A stretch of 64,000 nt of DNA from Desulfatiglandales bacterium (GCA_963667015.2 CAXXJJ010000004.1:1152001-1216000); one strand, 5' to 3'. Shown: positions 18,181 through 29,273, counted from the stretch's first letter. Program-made: numbers and translations. Notes: a model not told the origin generated them from the letters alone.

Positions 18181-20853
18181 ATGGCAAGGATGCTAAATAA
18201 TTCGGGACAGAATACACCTCCAAAGCCAATGGGGGAATATTCAAAAGACGCTATCAAAAAAATGGCCGTCCTTTTTACCGATATTGTCGGCTCATCTAAA
18301 TTCTTCAAGTTAAGGGGCGATTTAGAGGGCAGAAGAATGCTGAAGATCCATCAGGATCTGGCATCGCCTCTGATAAACGAGTTTGGCGGCACCGTTGTAA
18401 AAATGCTGGGCGATTCGGTTATGGCCTATTTTCTTGATCCCGAAGATGCACTCAAATCTGCAATAAAAATTCAGCAAAAATTTCAGATCTTTAATACAGG
18501 CAAAAATGGTAAAGATGAAATACATATCCGTATATGTGTTCATTATGGAGACGGTATTGTTGATGACAACGATATCTTTGGTGATGTTGTCAACATGGCT
18601 GCAAAATTTTTACCGCTTGTTGCCGGGGACGAGATTCTTATTTCCAGGGAACTGCATTCGACTATTAAAAAAATTCCGCTTGTAAAGTTTGAGAATTTTG
18701 CCGTTCCAAACAACTCAAATAATGTACTTAAAGATTTAAATCTCCTGAAAGTAATCTGGGACAGCCGGATAGAGCTTGATCCGACCATGAAAACGCTGGT
18801 TCATCTAAGGCCTGTATTCAACCTTGGAAGCAAACGTTTTGAAAACACCTGGAATAAGGTGATCGCGGAACGGGGGAAATTCTGGTCAGCAAGAACCGTT
18901 GAAAAAGAACAGATTAACAGCGACCGTTCCATAAGTCTTATTGTAAGAAAAACCGGAACTGCATGGGAAATAGCAAAATACCTTACATCACACATCCAGA
19001 CAAATATGGGGCAGGAGGCAAGCTTGTACCTGCCGCTTCAAATCATTATTGATACAGGCGCATTTATAAGGGCTGGAAAAATATCCCTGGAAAGTCTTGC
19101 GTTAGACTGGAACCGGATTGAGCCGGGTGAAACCTATATATCGGAAACAGCCTATCACCTTCTGAACAAGGAAGGGGTTTCAAATATCAGCCTGAAAAGC
19201 GGCAAAGGGGCTCATGGCGGATTTTTTACAGTATCTCAGACCAACGATAACCGAACCACTGATAATTTTTTCCGCTACCAGAATGCACTTGTTAATGGAG
19301 AGCATAATCCGTGTTTTTACTGTGGAAGCCAGTCACATGTTACAATGACATGTCCATCCAAGATGATCACGGAAATGACCGGATATGTGGAAAAGCTTGG
19401 ATACATGACACTGGAAAACATAAACAATATGTTTCTCAGCTATCTTCAGGCAGCACAGGGTGATCTGGGCAACATTGAATCCATGAGTAAAAACAGCCCG
19501 GTATATATCGCACATAATGCCTTTTATGAATTAAAAAGCACCTTTCAACTCAGGCTTTTCAGAACCATATGGAATACAAGGGAAGATCACTGGAACAGGA
19601 TCAGGATAAGCTCCGAAGAAAATGATAAAGGAGGACTGCTCTGGATTGGATTAGACTGCCTGAGGGTATCAAATCTGGAACAGGTAGAATCCATTATCGA
19701 TAGTGAAATAAAGAAAAAAAACAATGACTATAAAGTCTACTGCCTATCAGGACTTTTGTATATTGAGAATAATCAGTACAGAGCTGCAACTACAATACTT
19801 AAAAAAGCCCTGGAACTGGCAATCAAATCCCCTGAAAAAATATATATCCTTTTTCTTCTGTACCGGATACACACCCTTTTAAAAGAACAAAGCAAAGCCA
19901 AGGAAATGTTGCGAAAAATCCTGAAACTTACTCCCCATTGCACCGAAGCAAATTACCTGGATCTCATCTCCAAATTCAATAACGGCAATCTCAGTCACAA
20001 CATTGAACAGCTTGTTAAACTCATCAGAAAGAACAGGGACTATTACATAATTTCGTTAATTGATCCGGAGCTCTCAGACTATCATAAAGAGATTTCAACC
20101 AATCTTGATTATTTATTGATTGATGCAAGAGATAAGGCACAAAAATTATTGCCAGGAGCCAGGGAAGAAGTGGCTGAACTGGAAAAAATAATGGGGAAGG
20201 ATCCCGAGGAAATACAGGAAGCAAATACACAGATATCCAAAATGGAACAACTCATTAAAACGAACAGTTACTTCGGTTATCTTGATGTTATACACTACAG
20301 CGAAGATATATATAACCTTGGGAACAGGATCGTCAAAAACCGTGAGATAAAGCTCTCTAAAATTGAAGACGGCATGAGGCAGTTGATAGAAAGATGTAAT
20401 AATTATATCGAGCTTATACCCTACAGGTTTATGGTAAGACCGGCAGCCCATAAACTGAATATAATAAAGAACAGCATTGATTCTACACGTGATCGGATTA
20501 AAAATCAGGGAGCAAAAGAGTTTCGGGAGACGCTGAACAAACTGAAGGAATTCTCAAAGGAATTAATAGATCTGGAGCATAAGTTGAGACGTAAGGACGC
20601 TCAAGCCCAGTTTTTAGGATTTTTATCAAAATTCCTGAAGAAAAATCTTATATTTCAAACCATAAACCTGGTAATCGGACTGATTATACCGCCTATATTG
20701 CTCCATTATCTCAACCTGGTTTTCCCGGATTTAAGCCTGACAGAAGACGGGATGTGGCATTACCAGAAGGTACTTATAATCCTGGGAGGGATAACAGGAA
20801 TAATACTTTCCAGCCTTACATCGCAGAAAAACAATACCAGACAGAAATATTAA
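18181..20853 (+). CDS. Class III adenylate/guanylate cyclase domain protein with zinc knuckle, TPR-like region and C-terminal TM helices
   Basis: VLFTDIVGSS, KMLGDSVMA, DIFGDVVNMAAK; CFYCGSQSHVTMTC; helical TPR-like region; two hydrophobic C-terminal segments. Confidence 0.8.
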   Translation: MARMLNNSGQNTPPKPMGEYSKDAIKKMAVLFTDIVGSSKFFKLRGDLEGRRMLKIHQDLASPLINEFGGTVVKMLGDSVMAYFLDPEDALKSAIKIQQKFQIFNTGKNGKDEIHIRICVHYGDGIVDDNDIFGDVVNMAAKFLPLVAGDEILISRELHSTIKKIPLVKFENFAVPNNSNNVLKDLNLLKVIWDSRIELDPTMKTLVHLRPVFNLGSKRFENTWNKVIAERGKFWSARTVEKEQINSDRSISLIVRKTGTAWEIAKYLTSHIQTNMGQEASLYLPLQIIIDTGAFIRAGKISLESLALDWNRIEPGETYISETAYHLLNKEGVSNISLKSGKGAHGGFFTVSQTNDNRTTDNFFRYQNALVNGEHNPCFYCGSQSHVTMTCPSKMITEMTGYVEKLGYMTLENINNMFLSYLQAAQGDLGNIESMSKNSPVYIAHNAFYELKSTFQLRLFRTIWNTREDHWNRIRISSEENDKGGLLWIGLDCLRVSNLEQVESIIDSEIKKKNNDYKVYCLSGLLYIENNQYRAATTILKKALELAIKSPEKIYILFLLYRIHTLLKEQSKAKEMLRKILKLTPHCTEANYLDLISKFNNGNLSHNIEQLVKLIRKNRDYYIISLIDPELSDYHKEISTNLDYLLIDARDKAQKLLPGAREEVAELEKIMGKDPEEIQEANTQISKMEQLIKTNSYFGYLDVIHYSEDIYNLGNRIVKNREIKLSKIEDGMRQLIERCNNYIELIPYRFMVRPAAHKLNIIKNSIDSTRDRIKNQGAKEFRETLNKLKEFSKELIDLEHKLRRKDAQAQFLGFLSKFLKKNLIFQTINLVIGLIIPPILLHYLNLVFPDLSLTEDGMWHYQKVLIILGGITGIILSSLTSQKNNTRQKY

Positions 20854-21299
20854 ACAGTCAGCAGTCCGGTTTCCTGTACATAACGGGCTGAAAAATAGGC
20901 ACCCTTCCCTGTAAACATATTACAGTTTGCAAAGATATAATCTGCCACTTCTCTTCTCTTAAATTCAGAAAGGCTGTTAAACCTTTCCAGGAACAGCGTA
21001 TTATCTGCAAGGGTTGAAAGGGCTTCCCATATCTCCCTGGGAGATGAGTCATCATCAATACCCAAAACGCTCTGGCTGATTTTTTCCTCATTACTGGATT
21101 TAAGCTTCTCCTGGATATCAGCCAGTTCGTTCTTTAATAAATTTATCTCTGCCTGAAGCTCATCGTGTGAAAGTAATTGTGTAACAGAGCATATGGTCTC
21201 ATAATGACTGATTTTCAATTTTATCCCCAGAGAAAATGTCGGGGGCGAATCCTTGCTCTCTTTGATTCCGGGTATTATTTCAAAAATATTGGACATCAC
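20850..21299 (-). CDS. Hypothetical protein
   Basis: 149-aa ORF with RBS GAGGTG, downstream of mgtE in the same orientation. Confidence 0.7.
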   Translation of the reverse strand: MMSNIFEIIPGIKESKDSPPTFSLGIKLKISHYETICSVTQLLSHDELQAEINLLKNELADIQEKLKSSNEEKISQSVLGIDDDSSPREIWEALSTLADNTLFLERFNSLSEFKRREVADYIFANCNMFTGKGAYFSARYVQETGLLTV

Positions 21300-21336
21300 C
21301 TGTCACCTCTGCTTTCAATTAATATCCTTCAGACAA

Positions 21337-22692
21337 TTAAAGGAAGGTTGTAACCAGACTGAGATAAATAAGAAGACTCAATATATCGTTTGACGTGGTT
21401 ACAAAAGGGCCTGTGGCAAGAGCCGGGTCAATATTCATTCGTTTGAGCGCCAGCGGAACCGCGGCTCCTATGAAACCTGAAATAAGAATAATTATCATAA
21501 GTGAAATGGATATTACACATCCAAGACCTATATTATCTTTCCATAAGTATACCACTACCCCAAGAAGTACGCCGCAGATCAGTCCGTTCGCTATCGCTAC
21601 CTTCATCTCTACCCATAATCTTTTCCAGACATTCACAAGACTTATATCGCCTGTAGCAAGACCTCTAACCGCCACTGTTGCCGCCTGAGTCCCGGTGTTG
21701 CCACCCATAGCCATAATAACAGGAAAGAAAAAGGCAAGTACAATCGATTTTTCCAGGGAATGCTCAAATGAGTTAATTACCAGGGCAGCCATAATTCCAC
21801 CAAAAAGACCTGCGATTAACCATGGAAGCCTTGCCCTTGATATTTTAATATAGGACTCTTCAGTGATTTCCTGGTGCATAACACCGCCCATGAAAGAGAT
21901 ATCCTCATCAGCCTCTTCCTCAAGTACATCGATAATGTCATCATGGGTAATACGCCCTACAAGCCGGTTGTATTCGTCTACAACAGGTATGGAAACAAGG
22001 TCATATTTTTTAACAAGCTGGGCGACTTCCTCCTGGTCCCGGTATACGTCCACCGATATAACTTCGGTCTTCATGATATCGCTTATCAGCCTGCTTGACG
22101 GTTCAAGGACCAGATCCTTTAATGAAACAACTCCGACCAGTTTTTCAAAATCATCCACTACCCAGAGATAATAGAGTTTTTCAACCTCTTCTCTCTTTTC
22201 CTTTATAATATCTATAGCTTCCTGGATAGTGCAATGCTCATTGACTGCAACATATTCAAGCGCCATGATTCCGCCGGCGCTTTCTTCATCAAATGGCAGC
22301 AGCTTTTCCAGCTCTTCTGTGACGTTATCTTCGAGGGTTTTAATTATATCCTTTGCCCTGTCTGCAGGGAGGTCCCCTACAAGGTCAGCAGCATCATCCG
22401 AATCAAGTTCCTGAACAATTTCCGTGATTGCCCGGTTATCGAGGTCGCTTAAAATCCTTTCCTGTACAGGGGCCTCTATTTCTACCAGTACCTCCCCTGC
22501 GCCTTCAGGCTCCAGCATTTCAAAAAGATAAAGTCTTTCTTCAGGTTTAAGATGTTCAATAAGATCTGCCAGATCTGCTGCACGCAGTTTATCGATCAGT
22601 TTTGACAGGTATTTACTTTTATTATCGCTGATCGAGTTTTTAACTTCGTGAATGAGCTTTTCATCTACTATGTTTGCCTGTGTAGCTTTCAA
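21337..22692 (-). CDS. mgtE: Magnesium transporter MgtE
   Basis: MgtE N-domain, two CBS domains, ARLPWL, AMGGNTGTQ, DPALATGPFVTTSNDI. Confidence 0.95.
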   Translation of the reverse strand: MKATQANIVDEKLIHEVKNSISDNKSKYLSKLIDKLRAADLADLIEHLKPEERLYLFEMLEPEGAGEVLVEIEAPVQERILSDLDNRAITEIVQELDSDDAADLVGDLPADRAKDIIKTLEDNVTEELEKLLPFDEESAGGIMALEYVAVNEHCTIQEAIDIIKEKREEVEKLYYLWVVDDFEKLVGVVSLKDLVLEPSSRLISDIMKTEVISVDVYRDQEEVAQLVKKYDLVSIPVVDEYNRLVGRITHDDIIDVLEEEADEDISFMGGVMHQEITEESYIKISRARLPWLIAGLFGGIMAALVINSFEHSLEKSIVLAFFFPVIMAMGGNTGTQAATVAVRGLATGDISLVNVWKRLWVEMKVAIANGLICGVLLGVVVYLWKDNIGLGCVISISLMIIILISGFIGAAVPLALKRMNIDPALATGPFVTTSNDILSLLIYLSLVTTFL

Positions 22693-22717
22693 AACATCTC
22701 CTGCAATCCATTAAATT

Positions 22718-23737
22718 TTAAATTTCCTTTAACCTGGTAATTATAAACTGTTCATATTCCCTGCCTTCAGGGACCTCTTTTACAATGTTAGCCAGTGGTA
22801 TTTCAGCCCTGGCCGCGCTCTTATGGCCGCCTGCCGATCCATATTCTCCAAAGAGTTTATTTGCAATCGTCCCTGCATCCAGCCTGAACCCTGCATTTCT
22901 GAAGATTATGACCAGTTTTTTACCGCTTATTCCGGCAGCGACAGCCCATGTCATTTCAGCCATTTTCAGAAAAAAATCTGCCATTAAGACAAGAATATCA
23001 GGATTACTGACATTGCCCATCGGGATAAACACCTTATCCTTAACAAAGATGAGGTTGTTCATGGCAGTCCTGAAATTCTGTAATGTATTTTTATTCAGTT
23101 CGGATGATTCAATTTTTTTAATGATGTTCACATTAACGAATTGAAAGAGATATCTGAAGGCATTTATATCGCCGGGTACTGAGTCTCTCACAAAGTTGTC
23201 TGTATCCGTCTTTATCCCATAAAAAAGAGCCGTAGCAAGCCTTGGTGATGGTTTGATACCCGAAGCCCTTAAATATTCTGTCATGATGGAAGATGTTGCG
23301 CCGTATTCCTCTTTCACTTCAAGAAAGGCTGCCTGAGACTGGGGAGCAAACGGATGATGATCTATAATAATATCATAGGTGTATTTGCTTAAAAGATCGT
23401 TATGAGAAGGCTGGGAATCAACTATGGCAAATTTTGTAAAATTCTGGGGTTTCAGCTTCCGGATATGTTTTAGATCCAGTTTCAACAGGTTTATCATAGA
23501 AAGGTTATCTGCCCTTTTAATTACATTGGTATGATAAATGCTGGTTTTCCTGACTCTTCGCCAGAAAAGTCTTTTCAGTGCCATTGCACTGGCCATTGCG
23601 TCAGGATCTGCGGTGATAATTATTGCAAGGGCATCATCATGAGAAACTGTATCCATGAGCAATTTCACTTTCTCGCTCAGGGGAGTTGATTTTGGAAACG
23701 GACTTTCCATTTTACCGGGTAATTTATTGTTGGACAT
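22718..23737 (-). CDS. DHH family phosphoesterase
   Basis: ADPDAMAS, IVDSQ, IIDHHP, GIKTDT, SAGGH. Confidence 0.88.
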   Translation of the reverse strand: MSNNKLPGKMESPFPKSTPLSEKVKLLMDTVSHDDALAIIITADPDAMASAMALKRLFWRRVRKTSIYHTNVIKRADNLSMINLLKLDLKHIRKLKPQNFTKFAIVDSQPSHNDLLSKYTYDIIIDHHPFAPQSQAAFLEVKEEYGATSSIMTEYLRASGIKPSPRLATALFYGIKTDTDNFVRDSVPGDINAFRYLFQFVNVNIIKKIESSELNKNTLQNFRTAMNNLIFVKDKVFIPMGNVSNPDILVLMADFFLKMAEMTWAVAAGISGKKLVIIFRNAGFRLDAGTIANKLFGEYGSAGGHKSAARAEIPLANIVKEVPEGREYEQFIITRLKEI

Positions 23738-23870
23738 TGTCTTATTTTCAGGTATTTATTTATACTGGTTCCATAACTACTGTTATTGGATACTAACTTA
23801 ATCCAAGGTTACTGAAATATCAATGTTTTAATGGTCTGCAGGTCAACCCAGAACCATATAAGGGAAGGAT

Positions 23871-24200
23871 ATGAAAAAATATATTACTGCTACAATCGGT
23901 TCAGCCGTTATTGTTCCGGGATTCGGTCAGGTATTAAATGGGCAGATAAAAAAAGGCCTTATACTTATGGCGAGTGTGTTTCTTCTTATTATTGGAGGAG
24001 CAGCAAAACTAATACAGATTTTTTTACCGGTAATAAATTCCGGCCAAATCAACATGGAAGAGATTCTTTCAGGTATCGATTTTATGGACATTTTAATACT
24101 GAGGATTATTTTAATACTTTTACTGGCAGTATGGATATACTCAATAATTGATGCATGTATTAATGGGATAAGGATAGAAAGAGAAAGGAAGCAGGATTAA
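23871..24200 (+). CDS. Hypothetical membrane protein
   Basis: SAVIVPGFGQVLNGQIKKG plus hydrophobic helices and WIYSIIDA; coupled to the next ORF (TAATG). Confidence 0.75.
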   Translation: MKKYITATIGSAVIVPGFGQVLNGQIKKGLILMASVFLLIIGGAAKLIQIFLPVINSGQINMEEILSGIDFMDILILRIILILLLAVWIYSIIDACINGIRIERERKQD

Positions 24201-24532
24201 TGAAGAGTTATTTTTTGGATGAAATATCAGCCCCGGATCTGGATAAAATTACAGGATACCTTAATGAAAACGCTATTGAATCAGCAATGGAAAAATTATT
24301 CTGGATTGAGATGCCTTTGGATTGCCTGACAGGGCTGCAATCGGAACATTCTGACTGCAGGCCGCACAGATTTGCCATTGAAACAGGGGATACCTGGATC
24401 AGGGCAGAATTTTTTGTCCGGACATCAGTAAAATTCAGATGTGACTGTAATGGATACTGTAATGACAGCCAGAAAAAATTTATAATGGACTATATAGATA
24501 ACATGATAGAAAAACTGGGTATCCGGACATAG
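24200..24532 (+). CDS. Conserved hypothetical protein, Cys-containing
   Basis: 110 aa with H..C.PH and RCDCNGYC motifs. Confidence 0.7.
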   Translation: MKSYFLDEISAPDLDKITGYLNENAIESAMEKLFWIEMPLDCLTGLQSEHSDCRPHRFAIETGDTWIRAEFFVRTSVKFRCDCNGYCNDSQKKFIMDYIDNMIEKLGIRT

Positions 24533-24578
24533 CCAGTTTCAATAGATTTTTATGTACAGTAATTAAACGGGGTAATTA

Positions 24579-24989
24579 TTATATTATCTCTTCATTTTTA
24601 TTAAACATAATATCGCTGATTTTATCTTTTATCTTGCCGGAGATAACCTCGTCACCGAGAAGCCCTACTCTGATTGTCACTTCGGTTTCCTCCAGGGATA
24701 CATACTTCACGGACAATTTAATTTTTTCATTAATCGATCCTGCGGTAGAAATTTTCCCTGAGGTCATTTTCCGTTGTCTTTCATATACCTGGTAATCCAG
24801 CTTTTCCAGGGCAGATACTGATGCGTCCCATGTTTTGTCAAAAGGAGCCTTGTAAATAACAATTAAAGAGCTATTAATATACTTATAGCCACTCACACCA
24901 ATCGCTGCTCCTCCTATAAATGCCACAGGAGCACAGCCGGTAAAAACGCAGGAAATCAGAATTGCCGCTATAATAAATTTTTTTAACAT
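24579..24989 (-). CDS. DUF3568-like lipoprotein
   Basis: Signal peptide with lipobox VFTGC, GGAAIG and VTIRVGLLGDE. Start moved to ATG 24989 after AGGAG. Confidence 0.75.
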   Translation of the reverse strand: MLKKFIIAAILISCVFTGCAPVAFIGGAAIGVSGYKYINSSLIVIYKAPFDKTWDASVSALEKLDYQVYERQRKMTSGKISTAGSINEKIKLSVKYVSLEETEVTIRVGLLGDEVISGKIKDKISDIMFNKNEEII

Positions 24990-25196
24990 TATCTTTTCTC
25001 CTATAGATTCTTTTGAAGACAGGATTTGGAAATTTATTTTCTGGGAATATAGATAATAGTTCTGCAAATCGATGTCAATATATGTATTATCATTTTAAAT
25101 TAAAGTATTAATACCTTTTTAGTATCATATTGGTTTGACTTGGATTATCTCTTTTGGTAATCAAGGCCTATATTTGTTCACGGAGGAATACTTAGT

Positions 25197-27992
25197 ATGG
25201 ACTATAAAACAACCCTGAATTTGCCAAAGACCGATTTTCCCATGAAGGCCAACCTTGTTAACAAGGAGCCCGAGATAATCAACAGATGGAAATCAGAAGG
25301 TCTCTACAATATTATCAGGCAGCAGTCTCAGGACAGAAAAAAATACATGCTTCATGACGGCCCGCCATATGCCAATGGAAATATCCATATGGGCCATGCA
25401 CTGAATAAGATATTAAAGGATATAATCATTAAATCAAAACAGATGTCCGGTTTTGATGCGCCCTATGTTCCCGGATGGGACTGCCATGGACTGCCAATCG
25501 AACACAAGGTGGATAAGGAACTGGGAAAAAAGAAAAGGGAAATGACCCAGGTTGAGATCAGGAAGTTCTGCAGAAAATATGCTGAGCGATATGTAAATAT
25601 CCAGAAGGAGGAGTTTGCACGCCTTGGCGTAATGGGAGAATGGGATGATCCTTACCTTACAATGAACTATGATTATGAAGCAACCACAGTAAGGGAATTC
25701 GGAAAGTTTGCACTTAATGGCGGGTTACACCGAAGTAAAAAACCGGTCTACTGGTGCAATTCATGCGGAACAGCCCTTGCCGAGGCGGAAGTTGAATATG
25801 AAGATCATAAATCTCCTTCAATATATGTAAAATTCCCGGTGGTCTCGGATATTTCACAGGTGCTGCCTTCATTAAAGGGTAAAAAGGTCTTTTTCGTCAT
25901 ATGGACAACCACACCATGGACCATACCCGCAAACCTGGGAATCGCCCTTAACCCCGAATATGAATATGTTGCGGCAGAAGTTAACGGGGAGGTTCTTATA
26001 CTGGCGGAAGGCCTTTTTAATGTCTGCATGGAGTCATTTGGAATTGAAGAATATACCATAATAGAAAAATTTAATTCCAGGCCACTGGAAAACCAGAAGG
26101 CCAGCCATCCTCTTTATGACCGTGAATCACTGGTTGTAATGGCGGATTATGTGACCCTGGAAGCCGGTACAGGATGCGTCCATACTGCACCAGGCCATGG
26201 CCGCGAGGACTATGAGACAGGTTTAAGATATGGCCTTGAGGTTTATTCACCGGTTGATGACTCCGGTCACTTCACTGATGATGTGGAGTTTTTTGCAGGA
26301 AAGGAGGTATTTTCCGGAAATGATGATGTGATAGAAAAACTCCGGGAAATAGGCGCCCTTATCAAGGTAGAATCAATAAGCCATGAGTATCCCCATTGCT
26401 GGAGATGTAAACGTCCGGTAATATTCAGGGCAACCGAGCAGTGGTTTATCTCCATGGAAAAGAATGACCTGAGAAAAAAGGCACTTGAAGAGATAAAAAA
26501 GGTTAAATGGATCCCGGCATGGGGGGAGGACCGCATCTCCCTGATGATTGCCAATCGACCGGACTGGTGCATATCCAGGCAAAGGGCCTGGGGAGTTCCC
26601 ATTACCGTTTTGACCTGCGAGGATTGCGGGCAGATGGTCATGTCACAGGAAATTATCGATCATGTTGTAAGCCTTGTAGAAAAGGAAGGTGCGGACGTAT
26701 GGTTTTCGGAACCTGAAGAAAATCTCGTTCCTCCAGGGACAAAATGCCCCGGATGCAATGGAAATAAATTCAAGAAGGAAACTGATATACTGGATGTGTG
26801 GTTTGACTCAGGCGTGAGCCATGCAGCGGTGCTGGAGCACAGAGGACATTTATCCAGCCCTGCAGACCTTTACCTTGAAGGAAGCGACCAGCATCGTGGA
26901 TGGTTTCACAGCTCTCTCCTTTGTTCAACAGGTACCAGAGGTGTTGCTCCATATAAAAGCGTTCTTACACACGGCTTTGTTGTTGACGGCAAGGGAAAGG
27001 CAATGCATAAATCCGCAGGCAATGTAGTTGCTCCGGAATCACTGATCAAAAAATATGGTGCGGAGATACTTCGTTTATGGGTTGCAGGCGAGGATTACCG
27101 GGATAATATAAAGGTATCAAACGAAATAATGCAGCGTCTTACAGAGGCCTACAGGCGCATCAGAAACACATGCAGGTTTCTCCTCGGTAATCTTGACGGA
27201 TTTAACCCTGAAAATGACAGGGTGCCCTGTGATGAAATGATGGAACTTGACAGATGGGCTCTTCACAGGCTTCAGGAAGTCAATGAAAGGATCTTAAAAG
27301 CGTATGATACATTTGAGTTTCATGTAATATATCATACTCTTCATAACTTCTGTGTAATAGATCTTTCATCCTTTTATCTTGATATTATAAAGGACCGGCT
27401 CTATGTATCTCCTCCCGGATCACTGGCAAGAAGATCAGCCCAGACAGCAATGCAGGAGATCCTTGAGGTCATCGTAAGACTTATGGCACCTGTTTTGTCA
27501 TTTACAGCAGATGAAATCTGGCAGCACATGATGAAGACAGATTCATTCACAAGTGTTCACACCAGCATGTTTATACCGGTAAAGGAAGAATATAAGGATA
27601 AAATGCTGGCCGAGCGCTGGGATAAGATACTGAAGCTGAGGAAGGAAGTCACCAAGGCCCTTGAACTGGCAAGGACAAACAAGCTGATAGGTCATTCGCT
27701 CAATGCCTCTGTAACCCTTGAACTGCCGGAAGACCTTAAGGTACTGCTTGCTCCCTACATGAATGAACTGCATTCGATCTTTATTGTCTCATCAGTAGAA
27801 TCTGCTCCGGTTGATGGTGAAGGCAGCTATTTAAGTGAGGAAATTGAAGGTTTAAAGATAAAGGTTGAATCATCTTCAGATGAAAAATGCGAAAGATGCT
27901 GGATGCATGCCTCCACAGTTGGAAATTACAGCGATCATCCCGGTATTTGTGAAAGATGCTATGAAGCGCTTAAGCAAATGGGGGGGATTTAA
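25197..27992 (+). CDS. ileS: Isoleucine--tRNA ligase
   Basis: HDGPPYANG, HMGH, PGWDCHGLPIE, WTTTPWT, DWCISRQR, GSDQHRGWF, AMHKS (KMSKS variant), C-terminal CERCW zinc finger. Confidence 0.98.
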   Translation: MDYKTTLNLPKTDFPMKANLVNKEPEIINRWKSEGLYNIIRQQSQDRKKYMLHDGPPYANGNIHMGHALNKILKDIIIKSKQMSGFDAPYVPGWDCHGLPIEHKVDKELGKKKREMTQVEIRKFCRKYAERYVNIQKEEFARLGVMGEWDDPYLTMNYDYEATTVREFGKFALNGGLHRSKKPVYWCNSCGTALAEAEVEYEDHKSPSIYVKFPVVSDISQVLPSLKGKKVFFVIWTTTPWTIPANLGIALNPEYEYVAAEVNGEVLILAEGLFNVCMESFGIEEYTIIEKFNSRPLENQKASHPLYDRESLVVMADYVTLEAGTGCVHTAPGHGREDYETGLRYGLEVYSPVDDSGHFTDDVEFFAGKEVFSGNDDVIEKLREIGALIKVESISHEYPHCWRCKRPVIFRATEQWFISMEKNDLRKKALEEIKKVKWIPAWGEDRISLMIANRPDWCISRQRAWGVPITVLTCEDCGQMVMSQEIIDHVVSLVEKEGADVWFSEPEENLVPPGTKCPGCNGNKFKKETDILDVWFDSGVSHAAVLEHRGHLSSPADLYLEGSDQHRGWFHSSLLCSTGTRGVAPYKSVLTHGFVVDGKGKAMHKSAGNVVAPESLIKKYGAEILRLWVAGEDYRDNIKVSNEIMQRLTEAYRRIRNTCRFLLGNLDGFNPENDRVPCDEMMELDRWALHRLQEVNERILKAYDTFEFHVIYHTLHNFCVIDLSSFYLDIIKDRLYVSPPGSLARRSAQTAMQEILEVIVRLMAPVLSFTADEIWQHMMKTDSFTSVHTSMFIPVKEEYKDKMLAERWDKILKLRKEVTKALELARTNKLIGHSLNASVTLELPEDLKVLLAPYMNELHSIFIVSSVESAPVDGEGSYLSEEIEGLKIKVESSSDEKCERCWMHASTVGNYSDHPGICERCYEALKQMGGI

Positions 27993-28474
27993 TGGTAAAA
28001 CGAAATTGGGGATTGTTTTCTCTGATAATTATCCTGGCTGCCATTCTTGACCAGGTTACAAAATTACTCGTTTTATCAAATGTAGATTTACATAGTTCTG
28101 TCCCGGTAATCTCCGGTTTCTTTAATATTGTTCATACAAGGAACCGGGGAATGGCCTTTGGGTTATTCAATAACCCCGGACCGGCCTTTTATTTTCTTAC
28201 AGGCCTGTCCGTTCTGGCAGTAGTGCTGATACTGTTCTGGTTTTTCAGGCTCAGGGAAAATGAAAAATCGCTTACGCCAGGACTGGCATTAATCCTGGGA
28301 GGCGCGCTTGGAAATATTATCGATCGCTTTCGTATCGGCGAAGTAATCGACTTTCTGGATGTCCAGATAGGCTCATATCACTGGCCGGCGTTTAATATCG
28401 CTGACTCATGTATTTCTATCGGAACCATATGGGTTATTATCTGTCTGCTGTTTTTCATAACCCCTGATAAATAA
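27992..28474 (+). CDS. lspA: Lipoprotein signal peptidase II
   Basis: DQVTK, NRGMAFG, GGALGNIIDR, VIDF, FNIADS. Confidence 0.96.
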   Translation: MVKRNWGLFSLIIILAAILDQVTKLLVLSNVDLHSSVPVISGFFNIVHTRNRGMAFGLFNNPGPAFYFLTGLSVLAVVLILFWFFRLRENEKSLTPGLALILGGALGNIIDRFRIGEVIDFLDVQIGSYHWPAFNIADSCISIGTIWVIICLLFFITPDK

Positions 28475-28501
28475 TTTTTAAAATTACAAGGCGGCTCTAA
28501 A

Positions 28502-29266
28502 ATGCACCCTGATCTTTTTAGTATTGGCCCTTTAACACTGCACACATATGGACTTTTTGTTGCCCTCGGATTTATTGCAGGTATTCTGATTACTATCAAA
28601 TTGGGAAAATCCATGAAAATCCCATCCAACAGTGTAATGGATATGGGTTTCATAATAATTCTCAGCGGTTTGGCAGGTTCAAGATTAATCTATATTATTA
28701 TCAATTTTTCACATTATGTTGCGAATCCACTGGATATAATAAAGCTCTGGCAGGGAGGGCTTGTTTTTAATGGTGGGCTTGTTGCCGTGATAATTGTTCT
28801 GTTTCTGTATGCAAGACATCACAGGCTTAATATCTGGACTCTGGGAGACCTTTGGTCACCGGCGGCAACGATCGGGCAGGCAATAGGACGGATAGGCTGT
28901 TTTTTTGCAGGCTGCTGCTACGGAAAACCTACTGATGTTCCATGGGCGGTTATATTTACAAATCCCAAGAGCATAGCAACCTTAAACATTCCCATTCATC
29001 CTACGCAGATCTATTCATCCTTAAGCAGTTTTATCATATTTATCATATTGATGATACTTCACTCAAAAAAGAAATTTGAGGGACAGGTGTTTCTGTGGTT
29101 TCTGATTCTTCACAGTACAGCAAGACTTTTTTTAGAGAGATTCAGGGGCGATTCAAGGGGTACCATAATAACAAATGACCTGACCATGACCCAGTTTATT
29201 GCAATGTTGATATTGATCGGGGCGGTAACCGCACTTTTTATATTTAAACCAAAGGATAAAAAATAA
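28502..29266 (+). CDS. lgt: Prolipoprotein diacylglyceryl transferase
   Basis: MHPDLF, WQGGLVFNGG, GRIGCFFAGCCYG, HPTQIY, ERFRGD. Confidence 0.95.
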   Translation: MHPDLFSIGPLTLHTYGLFVALGFIAGILITIKLGKSMKIPSNSVMDMGFIIILSGLAGSRLIYIIINFSHYVANPLDIIKLWQGGLVFNGGLVAVIIVLFLYARHHRLNIWTLGDLWSPAATIGQAIGRIGCFFAGCCYGKPTDVPWAVIFTNPKSIATLNIPIHPTQIYSSLSSFIIFIILMILHSKKKFEGQVFLWFLILHSTARLFLERFRGDSRGTIITNDLTMTQFIAMLILIGAVTALFIFKPKDKK

Positions 29267-29273
29267 AATTCTC

